Counted from the stretch's first letter, positions 1-9,406 are shown. The stretch is DNA of 64,000 bases from Bacillota bacterium (GCA_030527285.1 JAUNBC010000006.1:1259-65258); one strand, 5' to 3'. Numbers and translations are program-made. Notes: generated from the sequence alone by a model not told the origin.

Positions 1-1
1 C

Positions 2-41
2 ATTATACCATTATGCGAGTTACATAATCGGTTACATTTTA
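2..41 (-). promoter_or_regulatory. Promoter for a gene beyond the left edge: TAAAATGTAAC-N7-GTAACTC-N9-TATAAT
   Basis: Minus strand reads TATAAT (2-7) preceded by TGG (extended -10). GTTAC repeats at 19-23 and 31-35 on the plus strand. Same architecture as 4678-4717. Confidence 0.7.
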
Positions 42-93
42 TATTTTATTTATATATTTTTTAACTATTTTTGTTCCCTTATGCGCGCACATA

Positions 94-128
94 AAAACGC
101 GGAGCCGCAAGGCTCCGCGCTTTTCTTT
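94..128 (-). terminator. Intrinsic terminator after surface protein 1
   Basis: GCGGAGCC-gcaa-GGCTCCGC hairpin flanked by A and T runs. Confidence 0.8.
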
Positions 129-163
129 ATGCTTCAGTTATTACGGTTATTACAGTTTCAGGC

Positions 164-3100
164 TTAGGCCTTGGAGCGGCTCGCCTTGAAGCTGTATGCG
201 ATGCCCGCCATAGCGGCCAGCATCAGCAGCGCCCACAGCGTCGCCGTTCCGGCGTCGTCGGTTTGCGGCGCGTCGGCCAGCGGGATCTCCTCCTCGATGA
301 TTATCGGCTCAGCCTCAGGCACCGGCTCTTCCGGGATATAGGTCGGCGGATCCGGCGGATTCGGCGGAGGAGGAATGTTCGGGATGACGTTGCGCAGATA
401 ATTGACTACGAACGTACCGGTGGGATTCTCCTTAGTCAGCTCCACTTGCAGCTGCTCCGCGATACCAAGGTTCATGGCGGTATAGTTGTAGCTGTTGCCG
501 CCGTAGACTCTGCTCGCAGCGGGGCTGAAGCCGTAGACCTGCGCGCCGTTCATCTCGCCGTCGTACGACCCGCTTTCGCTGCCGTCTAAGGTAGGCGTAC
601 CGCCATTGATGCTGGTGTAGTAATTATAGGTGACGCCGAGGCTGTACTCGATATTGGGGAAGATGTTATAGCAGGTGATATTCAGCCTGAAGCCGGTTGC
701 GCGCAGATCATCCAGATCGATGCTGCCGCTGCAGGTAGTTGTATCGTAATGCCACGGATTGGGCGCACCCGCGATCGGGTAACCGTTTTCATCCACGCCC
801 GAAGCAGCCTTGGCCGGAACATGATAATTGGTAGTTACAGCGCCCAGGTCATCGGTCTCGATCAGCTCAAAGTTGAGGACGCCAAGCTTATCAGGTACGG
901 GCGGAAGATCTTCCTCTCTCACATTTGCCACCACCGGCACGCCGCCGGTGTTGGCATTGAACGTGTTTATCTCCTCGTTCAACACTTCAACGATTTCCTC
1001 CTGCTCTTCCAGAGCTGCCACGACGTCCCGCAGGAAGCCGAAATACTCGGTCTCGCCGTCTCTCAGCTTAAATTCATAAACGTTCTCCGCCAGCGCAGCC
1101 TCGGCATCCGCCAAAGCCTGGTACAGCGGCTTATAGCTATCAAAAGCGGCGACGCGCTCAGGGACTTCCTGCGGGCTGGAGGAGGCCCACGGAACGCCGT
1201 TCTCATCCACTCCCGAATAAGCGCAGACTGCGGCGATCCGGGCGTCGATTACTGCATTGCAAATCCCGATTGCATCCTTCAATGCGGCCAGCTCAGACCT
1301 GCGCGCAGCTTTCTTCGATTCTAAGTTCTCCAGCTTTGTAGCATAATCCGGATCATCCTCATCAAGAGCAGCAAGTTGCAAATTGAGGCCGTTAAGCACC
1401 GTATCGTCCCAGTCGTCACCGAGCAAAACTTCCCCCAGAACGTAAGCGACCTCTGCATCCGTGAAGGATGGCTCCACATCCAGCTCCTCGCGCAGCTTAT
1501 AATAGATAGCGCTCAGCACTTGCGCCGGATCGTTGATAGGAGCAACGAACAACATCGTGTCTTTCATTTTCAATGCTTCAAATTCGGCTAAAGCATCCAG
1601 ATAGGCGTCGAACAAGGCGCGGTCAGTCTCGTTGATCTTGGCGCTGATCTCAGCTTCGGCGGCCGCAATAGCCGCGCCCAATTCATCCTCGCCCTGCCAG
1701 AAGCGGATGCTGAAGGAGAAGTAGTCGTCCTCGCCCAGCGGCGCGGTCTCACCGGTAGCCAGCTTGGTAACGCTCATGCCGACCTGACCGTAATTGTTGA
1801 CGCAGACGATCTCGATATTATCCGTGATCCTGAGCTCGCTCACATAGTCAGGCTCTTGATTAGCGCCGTCGACCACGTAATAGGTACCGAAATCACTACC
1901 GGTAGTGGTCTCCGTCAGACTGATCAAGTCTCCGACTTGGACGGTGAAGCTCTTGCTTGCGCCGTCAGCCAGGGAGAACGTCTCAGCTTCGCCTTCGTTG
2001 ATGCTCAATTCGAATTCATATTCCGTACCCGCTGCCGGCAGCAGCTCGGAGTCGCCGATGACTTGCTTGGTGACCGTCAAAGTACGCTCCTCGGCTTTGT
2101 TTTGCAGCTCTGCGGGATCAGTGCTCGTAACTTCGGTTTCGTTCATATAGACCTTGCCGAAGCTCACGCTGAAGGAGGAATTAGCCATCTTGGCAAAGCC
2201 CTCGGGAACGGTGGTCTCCTCCAGCATATAAGTCTGGCCGGAGGGCAGGCCGATGATGGAGCCTTTGCCGTCCTCGCCGGTCAAGCTGGAACTCTTACTA
2301 TAAGAAACTCCGCTCGTGGCGGTAAATCCCGCGCCCGGCAACGCGGTATATACGTTCGGCGCTTCAGCGCTATTGCCCGTCTTGCTGAAATTGAAATCGG
2401 CCTGATAGCCGAACACCGTCGGCGAGGTAAAGGCCGTTTCCATCTCGTCGCTCAAGCTGATATTGCCGTCTGTGTCCACATCGCGGAACTGATATTTAAG
2501 CTCCGCGCTGCTGTTAGTGGGATATACGCCGCTTGTAGCGTCCGCTGCGGGACGCGTGCCCGCCGCATAGCCGATGAAGCCGTCAGCCAGCGTATCGAGC
2601 CTGACGCGATAGGTCAGCGAATAATGATACTCAGTCGTAGCGCCGTCCCCGGAGCCGGTGGTAGTACTATTGCGCGAGCTCTGCAGGCGCAGATCCCAGA
2701 CAAAGCTATCGTTATCCGGGTCATAGCGCAATACGCCGCGCGCATTCTCAGCCGTGGCGGCCTCGCTCTCGGTGGTCAGATCGAGCGCGCCGTTCTCCAA
2801 CAGCAGGCTTTGGAAGCCGACGAAATCGACCATAGCGCCCATGGCGTCGGTGACCATCCATACGTCCACGCCCATGGTGATGCTGCCGTTGATCGCTTCA
2901 AAGATGGGCTGTAAGCTCGTCAAGGCGTTACTGGCAGTATAAGCCGTACCGCTGCTGGTGGCTAAGCTATTGAGCAGCGCATTAGCCGTAGTGCCGGCGT
3001 CAAAGGCGATGGTATGCAGCGTAGCGCCATTGTTCTTGACCGCGTTAGCGCCGGCAATAGCGCCCGCTCTATCGGCGTTGTTCATCCGGTTTCCGCCACC

Positions 3101-4015
3101 CCGAATGCCGGTAATGGTTCCGGTTTTGGCCAGGTTAGCTGCGTTCCAATATTCTTTATAAGCGGCCTCTCCGCCATCGACCCAATTCCAGCTAATATTA
3201 CCCCTGTTGCCCATTCTCCAGTAACCGTAGTCGTTATGACCGCGGCAGCCGGTATGATCCTGGCAGCCAGAACTATTTTGAGAAAGAATGGATCTAAACT
3301 CTGTCCAGGGGTCGACCTCATCATTACCCGTGTACGTCGCGTGGAAGGTCGGTACGCCGTCGCTGAGGAATATCACGTGCTTGCTGCAGCCCTCAATGGC
3401 CGCGTCGTTCAGCAGATTGGCGGCTAATTGCAGGCCGCCCTGAGCATTGGTGCCGCCGCTGGCGCTCAGTCCGTTGACAACGCCCTTGGCGGTGGTAGCG
3501 TTTGCAGCGGTGGCAACGTCCTGCCAGCCGGAGTTAACGGTGGCGTCCGAGGCGAAGGAGACGATCGCCAGATAGCGCTTGGCGGTGCTGCCCTCGGCCA
3601 GATCGGAATAAATGTCGATGAAACCGCCTTCAGCAGTCAAGACTGTCTTTACATTCGCCAGGCGGGTGGAATTGTTATTAACCATCGAGCTGGAGGTGTC
3701 GATGACCAGCACCACGGCAGCGTCCTCGCTGACGGAGGTCCAGAGAATATCCTCGGTGGTCTTCACGTCCAGCGTGATATCAAAGACGTTCTCGTATTCG
3801 GTGCCGGCGATAGTCTTGTTGACCGTCAGGCGGCCGGCGTTATCTGTGTCTTCCGCGTGCGGGTCAACGGCGGTAGCGTCAGCGCCGCTGACTATCTGCA
3901 CCGAGCTGGCCGGAGTCGTGGTTTCCGCCAGGGCGACGCCCATCAGCAGCGGGATGACCAGCAGCACGGTCAGCAGCACCAGCAACCCTTTCCTGTTCTT
4001 GATCTTTGCCATCAT
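164..4015 (-). CDS. Sortase-anchored surface adhesin 1: signal peptide, vWA domain, pilin/SpaA-like Ig repeats, doubled-motif LPXTG-type anchor
   Basis: Signal peptide MAKIKNRKGLLVLL; MIDAS DTSSSM; FLSDG; IEEEIPLADAPQTDD then hydrophobic helix and basic tail. Start moved from 4198 to 4015 (RBS GAAAGGGG) because the longer ORF runs through the riboswitch. Confidence 0.85.
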   Translation of the reverse strand: MMAKIKNRKGLLVLLTVLLVIPLLMGVALAETTTPASSVQIVSGADATAVDPHAEDTDNAGRLTVNKTIAGTEYENVFDITLDVKTTEDILWTSVSEDAAVVLVIDTSSSMVNNNSTRLANVKTVLTAEGGFIDIYSDLAEGSTAKRYLAIVSFASDATVNSGWQDVATAANATTAKGVVNGLSASGGTNAQGGLQLAANLLNDAAIEGCSKHVIFLSDGVPTFHATYTGNDEVDPWTEFRSILSQNSSGCQDHTGCRGHNDYGYWRMGNRGNISWNWVDGGEAAYKEYWNAANLAKTGTITGIRGGGNRMNNADRAGAIAGANAVKNNGATLHTIAFDAGTTANALLNSLATSSGTAYTASNALTSLQPIFEAINGSITMGVDVWMVTDAMGAMVDFVGFQSLLLENGALDLTTESEAATAENARGVLRYDPDNDSFVWDLRLQSSRNSTTTGSGDGATTEYHYSLTYRVRLDTLADGFIGYAAGTRPAADATSGVYPTNSSAELKYQFRDVDTDGNISLSDEMETAFTSPTVFGYQADFNFSKTGNSAEAPNVYTALPGAGFTATSGVSYSKSSSLTGEDGKGSIIGLPSGQTYMLEETTVPEGFAKMANSSFSVSFGKVYMNETEVTSTDPAELQNKAEERTLTVTKQVIGDSELLPAAGTEYEFELSINEGEAETFSLADGASKSFTVQVGDLISLTETTTGSDFGTYYVVDGANQEPDYVSELRITDNIEIVCVNNYGQVGMSVTKLATGETAPLGEDDYFSFSIRFWQGEDELGAAIAAAEAEISAKINETDRALFDAYLDALAEFEALKMKDTMLFVAPINDPAQVLSAIYYKLREELDVEPSFTDAEVAYVLGEVLLGDDWDDTVLNGLNLQLAALDEDDPDYATKLENLESKKAARRSELAALKDAIGICNAVIDARIAAVCAYSGVDENGVPWASSSPQEVPERVAAFDSYKPLYQALADAEAALAENVYEFKLRDGETEYFGFLRDVVAALEEQEEIVEVLNEEINTFNANTGGVPVVANVREEDLPPVPDKLGVLNFELIETDDLGAVTTNYHVPAKAASGVDENGYPIAGAPNPWHYDTTTCSGSIDLDDLRATGFRLNITCYNIFPNIEYSLGVTYNYYTSINGGTPTLDGSESGSYDGEMNGAQVYGFSPAASRVYGGNSYNYTAMNLGIAEQLQVELTKENPTGTFVVNYLRNVIPNIPPPPNPPDPPTYIPEEPVPEAEPIIIEEEIPLADAPQTDDAGTATLWALLMLAAMAGIAYSFKASRSKA

Positions 4016-4039
4016 TTTAACTTCCCCTTTCAAAGTTAA

Positions 4040-4127
4040 ATATGGCAGCCGGCTGTCCTGCTCCCGATGCGGGAGTTTAGACCCTTGGCTTTGCGTCGCG
4101 GCGTTTCCGCCGGTTTGCCTTTTCATC
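4040..4127 (-). promoter_or_regulatory. c-di-GMP-I (GEMM-I) riboswitch aptamer
   Basis: GGCAAACCGGCG-GAAA-CGCCGCGACGCAAAGCC...GGGTCTAA...ACAGCCGGCTGCC matches the GEMM-I consensus; ends about 12 nt before the RBS. Confidence 0.9.
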
Positions 4128-4284
4128 ATTTCGCACGCCAGATAGATTTGACGCGGCTTGATAATAAAACTAACCCTGATATCTGAAATAAACTGCAACG
4201 AGCGACATAATGCTTACTGCGAATAACAAAGAGTATCATTGTAGCGCATACGGCCATACGGGGCGATCCCCCAAGTATGAAGTC

Positions 4285-4470
4285 CTATGCTGATTTTACC
4301 ACCTCCGCCATAGCTCCGTCAATAAGTTTTAACAGTTCTAATGCGGAGCGGAAGCTGACAGTCTCCCCCGTATCGCTCCACACCAGTTTCCCTTGCCATG
4401 TGGCATGTTCGCGACCCAGGATCTGAATGACGAAGGTGCTCCGCTCCCTGTCTTTCTTCACGTTGCTCAT
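4285..4470 (-). CDS. Small uncharacterised 61-aa protein (WQG...FRSALELLKLID family)
   Basis: RBS GAAGGGA; clear paralog of the C-terminal half of 9501-9950. Confidence 0.8.
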   Translation of the reverse strand: MSNVKKDRERSTFVIQILGREHATWQGKLVWSDTGETVSFRSALELLKLIDGAMAEVVKSA

Positions 4471-4677
4471 AGTATCATTCCCTTCAACATTGCAGCCGGC
4501 GATAAGACCCGCGCGGCTGCGGGCGCAACGGGCGGCGGATAAGGGACGGGCTCTTATGCGCCGCCATACGGCAAATGAGCCGTGATAGCCTTGCTCGTGC
4601 CCATTATACGGCGCGCGGGGAAATGCCCGATCCCACCCAATAAACTATGCGCCGCCCCTTATCGATATTACTCTTTT

Positions 4678-4717
4678 ATTATACGCATGATAGAGTTACG
4701 CGAATAGTTACATTTTA
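4678..4717 (-). promoter_or_regulatory. Promoter TAAAATGTAAC-N7-GTAACTC-N9-TATAAT driving the 61-aa gene and probably adhesin 1
   Basis: Plus strand ATTATA 4678-4683, GAGTTAC 4693-4699, GTTACATTTTA 4707-4717; same spacing as 2-41. Confidence 0.7.
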
Positions 4718-4982
4718 ATGAATTAAGAAGTTTGTGCTAAAAATATTTGTCACACTCTGTCGCAATTAGTCTAATTGGGAGTTATTTTCACCAATTTGCA
4801 ACGTTTCCCGTAACCATAACTGATTTGCGAACAGCGCGGTCAGCGCGGGCGGTAGTTGTTAGGAAATAGAATGAAGGCGCGCTCTTGCCCATCTACAACA
4901 GCGCGCCGTCATTTCTTCTATTATATATAGAGTATATTTAGAGTTGTGTAGAGCTTAAACGCGGAGCATGCCGCGCCGCGCT

Positions 4983-7900
4983 TTAACCGCGGCTGCGGCG
5001 GCGGCCGAACACCACCACGCCGGCCAGAGCCAGCGCTCCGAGCGCCAGCCACAGATAAAGCTGCGCGCTATCACCGGTGGGCGGTACGTCCGCCAGCGGT
5101 ACGTCCTCCTCGATAATGGTTGTAATATCCGTTGTCGGGGCCGGCTCCTCTATAATGACCGTATCAGTCTGCGGCACCACCGGATCAGGGATGCGAATCG
5201 GCTGATCGGGGCCGGGGCCGGGCGGCGGATCCTCCGGGATGATCGGCGTGCTATAGGTGTTGGTCGCCGTCATACCATTGCAAACTGTACTATAATTCGG
5301 GGATACGGTAAGTTCAACAATGCGGTAGCTGATCTCCGCACCCTGCTTGTCATATTTGGGGTAGGTGCCGATAGACTCAGTCCAGTCGCTGCCATCGGCG
5401 CTGCCGCTTATGGTGTGTACGATTTCTACGCCATCCGTGCCCAACTCGCGCACGTCGTTGATATACAGGGCGAAGTCCAGGGACTCGGGGTAGTCATAAT
5501 TCGTGGGGAAGTCGACCCATTTCTTGGTGATAGTCAGCTCAATGTCCTCGCTCAGCAGGTTGACCAGATTTAAGGGGTCGCTCGCCGGCGTGACGTTCGT
5601 GTAATTACTCGGTAAATTCAGCTCCTCCACGGTGTATACGATAGGCGTTATGCCATCCGTATTATACTTGTCAAGGCCCTTAAATACATACTGCCAGCCA
5701 TTGCCCTCATTGAGATCGACCTGAACTCCTACCGGGGCACCATTAGCCAAGAGCTGGATTGTCAGTATATCAGGACGGGTTGTGTAGGCGTTATCATTAT
5801 CCAGCCAAGTCTTAGTCACTTGCACCATATGCTTCAGCGAATTGGTGAAGGTGTAGGCGTAGGTGTTGGTGTCGGTGTTGGTGTTGGTGTTGGTGTCTGG
5901 GAGAGTAACGATGGTGGAATATAAAGGAACATCTTTCTCCACCACGCGGTAGCTGACGCCGTCAAGCTTGGGCGCGTAGAAGGTATGCATCAGCGTGCTC
6001 GTATTTACGGCGCTGCCGGAAGCAACTTCTTGCTCTTCAACGTCGCTCCATTCGATCTCTCCATTAACAACCTCGCCCTTTTGCAGAACGAAGGTGATCG
6101 TCGCCGGCCGGTCGGCGCTGGGGGCTGTTACGCCATTGGTCTCAACTCCGTCATCCCAGATCTTATATACGGGGAAGCTGAGCAGGTCGAGCGTATTGGT
6201 CAGGGTCGCGGTATAGCTGCCCGCGGTACTACCATCGGTGATCACCGCCTCCGCCGGCTTATAGCCGGGAACAACCTCCTCAATGAACACATAGTTGGCT
6301 TCAACTATATCGTTGCCGATCTTGATATATTTCGGCAGGGTGACGCTGAGCTTGTAGTTTTTGCTCGGGTCTGTATCTTTTTTCAACTCGTAGCTTCCGA
6401 GCTTCGTATCGGTAGTAATTCCATCGGTCGTACTGCGATGATAGAGATAGACCGTAACGCTATCGGGACGCAGGCCGAAGTAATCCTCGGTGCTGTCATA
6501 CGTATCATCCCATACCTTACTCAGAGTGACATTGATGGTCTTCAGCGTATTGGTGATGGTGATGATCTTGTCACCATTATCAACAGCCACCTCATCGGTA
6601 TAGCCGACCGGAACATCCTCTTTGATATAATCTCCAGTAAGATCATCATACGCGACCGGCAGGCTCACCGTGGTAGTCCAATTCCCTGCCGGGGTGTTGC
6701 TGGCGGCGAGTGACTGATTGTCAATGATTTTGGTCGGCTGCTCTTTTTCCGGGTCGTCAATGATATCGAATGTGACCGAAGCCGGACGCAGCTTGAAATA
6801 AGCATTGGTCGATGCGCCATTTTCCATAATGCCAGCAATGGTGTCGCCTTTCCATTCCTTGTTCACCGTCCATTCGGTGGCAGGGGGAGTATAGGTGTTG
6901 GTGAGGGTGATGATTTTGCCATTCGCGTCATAAGCGCCATAGGCGAATTTTGAGAAAGCATTAGAGCTACTGAAATTAAGCCCAAGCTTGCCGTCGTTTC
7001 CAACAGTAATAGTCACGCTACCCCGATTACCACTATTACCCATTGTAATTGTTGCCGAGGTGCCAGAGACAAAATCATTGACAGTAATACTACCAAGCTG
7101 GTTGGCATTAGAATGCGCTTGTTTCCAGGCGTTGAACGCCGTGACAAAGGCCGTCTTCTGCGTATCCGTCAATGTGTTCTGCGTCCAGACCTTAGTGTTA
7201 TTGCCCTTGTTCACCATGATAAAAGCAGCGGAAAGATCATTGTACGCCAATTCATTACAGGGGTTTACGACCTCAAGCGACGTGATAGACAGCGCCTTTG
7301 GTACCGGGTCGCCCACTACTGTCATAGTATAATTATCGGGTTCTGTTTCCGTGACGCTGTAATCGTCATACGGCAGGCTGTTCCAGGTATATGTCCAGTT
7401 TTTGCTCGGATCGGTATTCGCACTCAGAGTCACCGGGTCGCCATAAGGGGTTGCGGTTTGTCCGCTTCCTCTATAAAGCTGCACCACAAGCTCCGTGGGC
7501 TGATTGGCCGCCGGATTATTTCCATGATCCCAGAGCTTATTAACAGTAAAGCTGGTGACGGCGTTCACGCTCACCGGCTCGAAAGCGATGACCGTCGGCA
7601 CCTTGAAATTGATGGTTTGCTTGCCACCCTGGATAACGCCGTTGTTCAAGATGGCGTAATCGAGGACGGTGGCGTCATTGGTCGGATAGATGCCCTTGGC
7701 GATCAGCGCGGCAGCTTTCTCGTCGGCGCGGAAATCTGCAGAACGGTCGTTGTCGACGATTTCGTTATAATCATCCAGCGCGTCTCCACGATCCTTGCCG
7801 TCGGTCACGCTGGCATAATAATTGAAGTTGGTAGTTGTGTCGAGCGTGACTTGATACTTCAGCTCGTAATTGTACCAGATTTGATTATTTTTGCCTCCTC

Positions 7901-9134
7901 CCGTTGTCGTCGGGGTAGCTTTACGCAGATCCCAAATTAGCTGATCATTATTGTCGTCGGTAGGCATGGTGACGCCAGTAGCGCCCTCGGTGAGGATGCT
8001 GTCAAACTTGATGTTCGCGCCCATGGGGTCGGTGACCATCCACGCCTCAGCCCAGATGGCAATATTCTCGGAGATCGCTTTAAACTGATTTGCCAGCGTA
8101 GTTGCATTTGCGGCAGTCAGCGCGCAGCCGCTGTTAGCGATGCTGGAAAGATCAGGAGCACTGGCGGCAAAAGCGATGGTATAGATCGTAACACCACTCC
8201 GTTTGAGCGAAGTAGCCACATCCACGCCGGTATCGGTGACGTTCTCGCCCTTAATTTCGGTGAGTGAGTTTCTTTGGCTGGCGATACGCTTATTCGGCGC
8301 GCCGTCGGAGAGCAGTATCACATAGACCTCGTCGATGCCCGCGAGGTCATCCTTGAAAGTACCATCGTTCTGGCGATGGGCGTCGATATTATTCTTCGCC
8401 AGCTGCAGGCCGGCCTGAATATTGGTACCGGTATACAGCTTGTATTTCAAGCCGCTGACCACATCCTGGGCAGCTGCGATATTATCATCCAAGCCGGAAA
8501 GCTCCGTCCAATTCATTTGGCGTTTAGCGTCAGTAGCGAAATGGACGATAGAAAGCAGCCTTTTATAGCTCGCACTGGACGCGCTGGCGGCATAGTCGGC
8601 AATGAAAGCATTGGCGGCGCTGATGGCGGCGCTGATACGCTGCTCGTCCTCCGCCGCATAGACGGAGTCGCCGCTGTTATGACCGTTGGCTGGGATATGA
8701 TAATACTCATCGTCTCCATCACAAAGCGGGCAATCATCACCTTTATAATCCGTGCCTGTGCAGTAACCGCCGCCGGCGGCATCCCACTGCATGGAGACCG
8801 AGGTATCTATCACCAAAGCGACGGCGATATTCTTATCGGTGGGGATACTGGTCAGATCCTGCGTAGTGGTGACCTTGAGCGTGATATCAAAGGTATCCTC
8901 GACCCACTCGCCGCCAGTCGTCTTGACCTGCTCGATGGTCTTTTCTACCTCGACAAGATTGGCGGTTCTTTCGCCGCCCGTATACACGACCTGCGGCCCT
9001 ATTGATGATGGTTGTTGACCTGAACCCCCGCCGCTATGATGTCCATACGATAGCGCGTAGCCGAACAATACCGGCAGCACCAAGACCAGCGTTACTATTA
9101 CCGCGATCAGTTTTCCCCTTCTTTTCGCCTTCAT
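4983..9134 (-). CDS. Sortase-anchored surface adhesin 2: signal peptide, vWA domain, multiple Cna B-type repeats, doubled-motif VPPTG anchor
   Basis: MIDAS DTSVSM; LLSDG; repeats starting V(N/T/S/Y)K.W and ending (L/F/A)TN; IEEDVPLADVPPTGD then TM helix and RRRSRG. Start moved from 9311 to 9134 (RBS GAAAGGAG). Confidence 0.87.
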   Translation of the reverse strand: MKAKRRGKLIAVIVTLVLVLPVLFGYALSYGHHSGGGSGQQPSSIGPQVVYTGGERTANLVEVEKTIEQVKTTGGEWVEDTFDITLKVTTTQDLTSIPTDKNIAVALVIDTSVSMQWDAAGGGYCTGTDYKGDDCPLCDGDDEYYHIPANGHNSGDSVYAAEDEQRISAAISAANAFIADYAASASSASYKRLLSIVHFATDAKRQMNWTELSGLDDNIAAAQDVVSGLKYKLYTGTNIQAGLQLAKNNIDAHRQNDGTFKDDLAGIDEVYVILLSDGAPNKRIASQRNSLTEIKGENVTDTGVDVATSLKRSGVTIYTIAFAASAPDLSSIANSGCALTAANATTLANQFKAISENIAIWAEAWMVTDPMGANIKFDSILTEGATGVTMPTDDNNDQLIWDLRKATPTTTGGGKNNQIWYNYELKYQVTLDTTTNFNYYASVTDGKDRGDALDDYNEIVDNDRSADFRADEKAAALIAKGIYPTNDATVLDYAILNNGVIQGGKQTINFKVPTVIAFEPVSVNAVTSFTVNKLWDHGNNPAANQPTELVVQLYRGSGQTATPYGDPVTLSANTDPSKNWTYTWNSLPYDDYSVTETEPDNYTMTVVGDPVPKALSITSLEVVNPCNELAYNDLSAAFIMVNKGNNTKVWTQNTLTDTQKTAFVTAFNAWKQAHSNANQLGSITVNDFVSGTSATITMGNSGNRGSVTITVGNDGKLGLNFSSSNAFSKFAYGAYDANGKIITLTNTYTPPATEWTVNKEWKGDTIAGIMENGASTNAYFKLRPASVTFDIIDDPEKEQPTKIIDNQSLAASNTPAGNWTTTVSLPVAYDDLTGDYIKEDVPVGYTDEVAVDNGDKIITITNTLKTINVTLSKVWDDTYDSTEDYFGLRPDSVTVYLYHRSTTDGITTDTKLGSYELKKDTDPSKNYKLSVTLPKYIKIGNDIVEANYVFIEEVVPGYKPAEAVITDGSTAGSYTATLTNTLDLLSFPVYKIWDDGVETNGVTAPSADRPATITFVLQKGEVVNGEIEWSDVEEQEVASGSAVNTSTLMHTFYAPKLDGVSYRVVEKDVPLYSTIVTLPDTNTNTNTDTNTYAYTFTNSLKHMVQVTKTWLDNDNAYTTRPDILTIQLLANGAPVGVQVDLNEGNGWQYVFKGLDKYNTDGITPIVYTVEELNLPSNYTNVTPASDPLNLVNLLSEDIELTITKKWVDFPTNYDYPESLDFALYINDVRELGTDGVEIVHTISGSADGSDWTESIGTYPKYDKQGAEISYRIVELTVSPNYSTVCNGMTATNTYSTPIIPEDPPPGPGPDQPIRIPDPVVPQTDTVIIEEPAPTTDITTIIEEDVPLADVPPTGDSAQLYLWLALGALALAGVVVFGRRRSRG
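5862..5897. repeat. In-frame hexamer microsatellite GGTGT(T/C) x6 encoding DTNTNTNTDTNT
   Basis: Six direct 6-bp units read in the sequence. Confidence 0.85.
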
Positions 9135-9167
9135 TCCAACTTCTCCTTTCGCCTTGAAGCTGGAATA

Positions 9168-9252
9168 CCCGGCAACCCGGCCGGCATAGGCCCCTGCCCG
9201 TAGCCCCTGTGGCTTTGCGTCGCGGCGTTTCCGCCGTTTTGCCCTTTTCCGT
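9168..9252 (-). promoter_or_regulatory. c-di-GMP-I (GEMM-I) riboswitch aptamer
   Basis: GGGCAAAACGGCG-GAAA-CGCCGCGACGCAAAGCCACAGGGGCTA...GGCCGGGTTGCC; 27 bp (9210-9236) identical to 4086-4112. Confidence 0.88.
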
Positions 9253-9377
9253 ATTCCGCGGCGGCAGATGGGATTTGCCGCCGCCTGTATGTTATAAAAT
9301 TGCCAAAACATGAAACCGATAATTATGTTATGAAGCGCTCAAAAGCCCACGCGGAGACACGCCTCCACTTATGGAAT

Positions 9378-9406
9378 ATGATAGCAAAAAAAGCCGTCCC
9401 TTTCAA
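9378..9406 (-). promoter_or_regulatory. Sigma-A-type promoter for adhesin 2
   Basis: TTGAAA-N17-TATCAT on the minus strand. Confidence 0.6.

Noticed and set aside
133-158. 9-bp tandem C(A/G)GTTATTA repeats just after adhesin 1
   Set aside because: About 2.5 copies between the stop and the terminator, with spacing that does not match the GTAAC box.
4016-4198. N-terminal extensions of both adhesin ORFs (to 4198 and to 9311)
   Set aside because: They run through the riboswitches. Strong SD sequences and signal peptides place the starts at 4015 and 9134.
4534-4600. c-di-GMP-II riboswitch suggested by TGGGCAC in the 61-aa gene leader
   Set aside because: The downstream GTGCAACC pairing partner and the kink-turn elements are missing.
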